Assembly (NCBI RefSeq): GCF_006345805.1
Contig: NW_021832124.1
Coordinates: forward strand, 186,001-250,000
Length of the DNA: 64,000 nucleotides
Source: Octopus sinensis
Lineage: Eukaryota
Direction of reading: 5' to 3'
Shown here: piece by piece, positions 50,035 to 64,000 of the stretch
Layout of the letters: every line of letters starts with the position of its first letter
Position numbering within the stretch: the first letter of the stretch is position 1
Position numbers and translations under genes: made by a program
Notes under the pieces: model-generated
Told to the model about the DNA's origin: nothing
The model's database searches: none
What the model saw: only the letters and a program-made list of their open reading frames with translations

Positions 50035-51292
50035 TTTATATGATCAGTTAATTAGCATCCCCCTAGTAATAAAGTTGAATTGTTCAATTGGTAGGATTCC
50101 CTTTATTCTGTTGAATATTCTGGGTATTTTTATTGCAGTCAAAAGTCAATTTTACCACAATTCAAAAGGATTAAAGAAATGATTATTGTTTCCATGCAAC
50201 TAAATTTTCATTTTCAGCGAACGTTGACAGAAAGGAAATAAAACTGTCGAATACAAATTGTCCCAAGAGTGAGTGGTATCATTCCAAACATAGAATTCCC
50301 TGTAGTCAAGATTACTAATTTCCATTTTGATTGGCCTGTCAAACAAATTGAGCACAATAGACTAGACCTATCAAAAGACACCCCAAAAAGCAGAATTTTG
50401 AAATCATTTAATTAGAAACACATAGTCGGACGAGAACTTGTAAAGGCAATGGATTTTTAGAAGAATTGCCGTATTTCCGAAGTTACAGCGACCCAGTAGT
50501 CTACTTTTCTTGGATCCCCAACACAAGTAAAAAAAAGACAAAAAATGGTAAACTAACCAATCTCTGAAATGCCAGCCCCCCGTTCTTCACCTCCAGTGCG
50601 TATTCCTTTCGCATTTCTCACAGAACTGAATCGTCCATCAGTAAGTGCAATAACTTCTATAGCAAAAGGGAATTAACAGCTTCCATCCTGATTTATTCAA
50701 ACGGTAGGACAGTTTGATTGTTATCTTAGGAACTACATCAAGCAAACCAGTACAGTCAAGAAAGATCGAATAAAGGACTCCCAGATCGAAAGATTGGAAA
50801 TCATAGGTACGAGAAAATGTCAGAAAATTCCACGCGACCTCAACTGTGATAAGGCTAGAGCCGAAAGCAGTTCTATTTGTAAGAAATGAGAATAAAGGGC
50901 GAGCATTTACTTGTCTACATCTCATTAAAACCAAAATAAACAATTCTGGTTTTTTTTCTATATAAGTATTCTCAATTTATTGGATTAATATTAGTTGTTA
51001 TCCATTTTTTGAAACCAAATTTCAATTGTAGAATACTTGTAGTTTTGGGTAGGGAGCTAATTTATGCAGCAAAACAGAAATAAAGGAACCTGTATTCTTG
51101 GAACGATTATTCGAATGGTATGTTTAAAAACCACAGTAAACTAAAAAATCGTGCTATTGATAGAGCTTCTGTAATCCGCCAAGTAGAGATACTTATTTGA
51201 CCTCAGCATGTAGCAATGACTGAACCACTGTCTGTGTAAAATAAGATGATTGTAGAGACTGTTAATAGATTAGAATGAGCGTGTTAGTTTAA

Positions 51293-64000
<12,708 letters not shown>

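Noticed and set aside
50200-51200. Possible decayed endonuclease or transposon sequence
   Set aside because: Only stop-interrupted frames with no diagnostic motif.

Overview
Gene-dense eukaryotic (metazoan) nuclear DNA with no prokaryotic features. About 20 protein genes are recognisable once very short spliceosomal introns (20-31 nt in every case counted) are removed. They are AXDND1-like (5' part), COA4, WAC-like, RPL4, NAXE, a peptide-type class A GPCR, PRKRIP1, CRELD, ABCF2, LRRC9, RPL8, a PDI-family protein, a bZIP factor, TMEM9-like, BAP18-like, GCNA/SprT, a neuron-navigator AAA protein, SNAPC4, GTPBP6/HflX and ~12.7 kb of an axonemal dynein heavy chain (DNAH7-like) that runs off the right end. 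Animal-specific genes, cilia genes and ~25-nt introns together suggest a reduced metazoan such as a dicyemid mesozoan (inference only). Between gene blocks lie mosaics of decayed transposons: LINEs, R4/Dong-like RLE retrotransposons, Tc1, hAT, and an end-to-end non-autonomous Helitron at 37906-41351 carrying a 17 x ~95-bp satellite. The most unusual signal is a dispersed ~1.3-kb repeat that carries an intronless ETS-domain-only mini-gene with its own TATA box and an ETS/CRE-like site. It occurs at five or more places in the window and shows a circularly permuted end-to-start junction. One copy is joined to a 38-bp exact-intron patch copied from the neighbouring dynein gene. Several conserved genes have single-base or micro-repeat deletions, most likely assembly errors, so all frameshift and non-canonical-splice observations need read-level confirmation.
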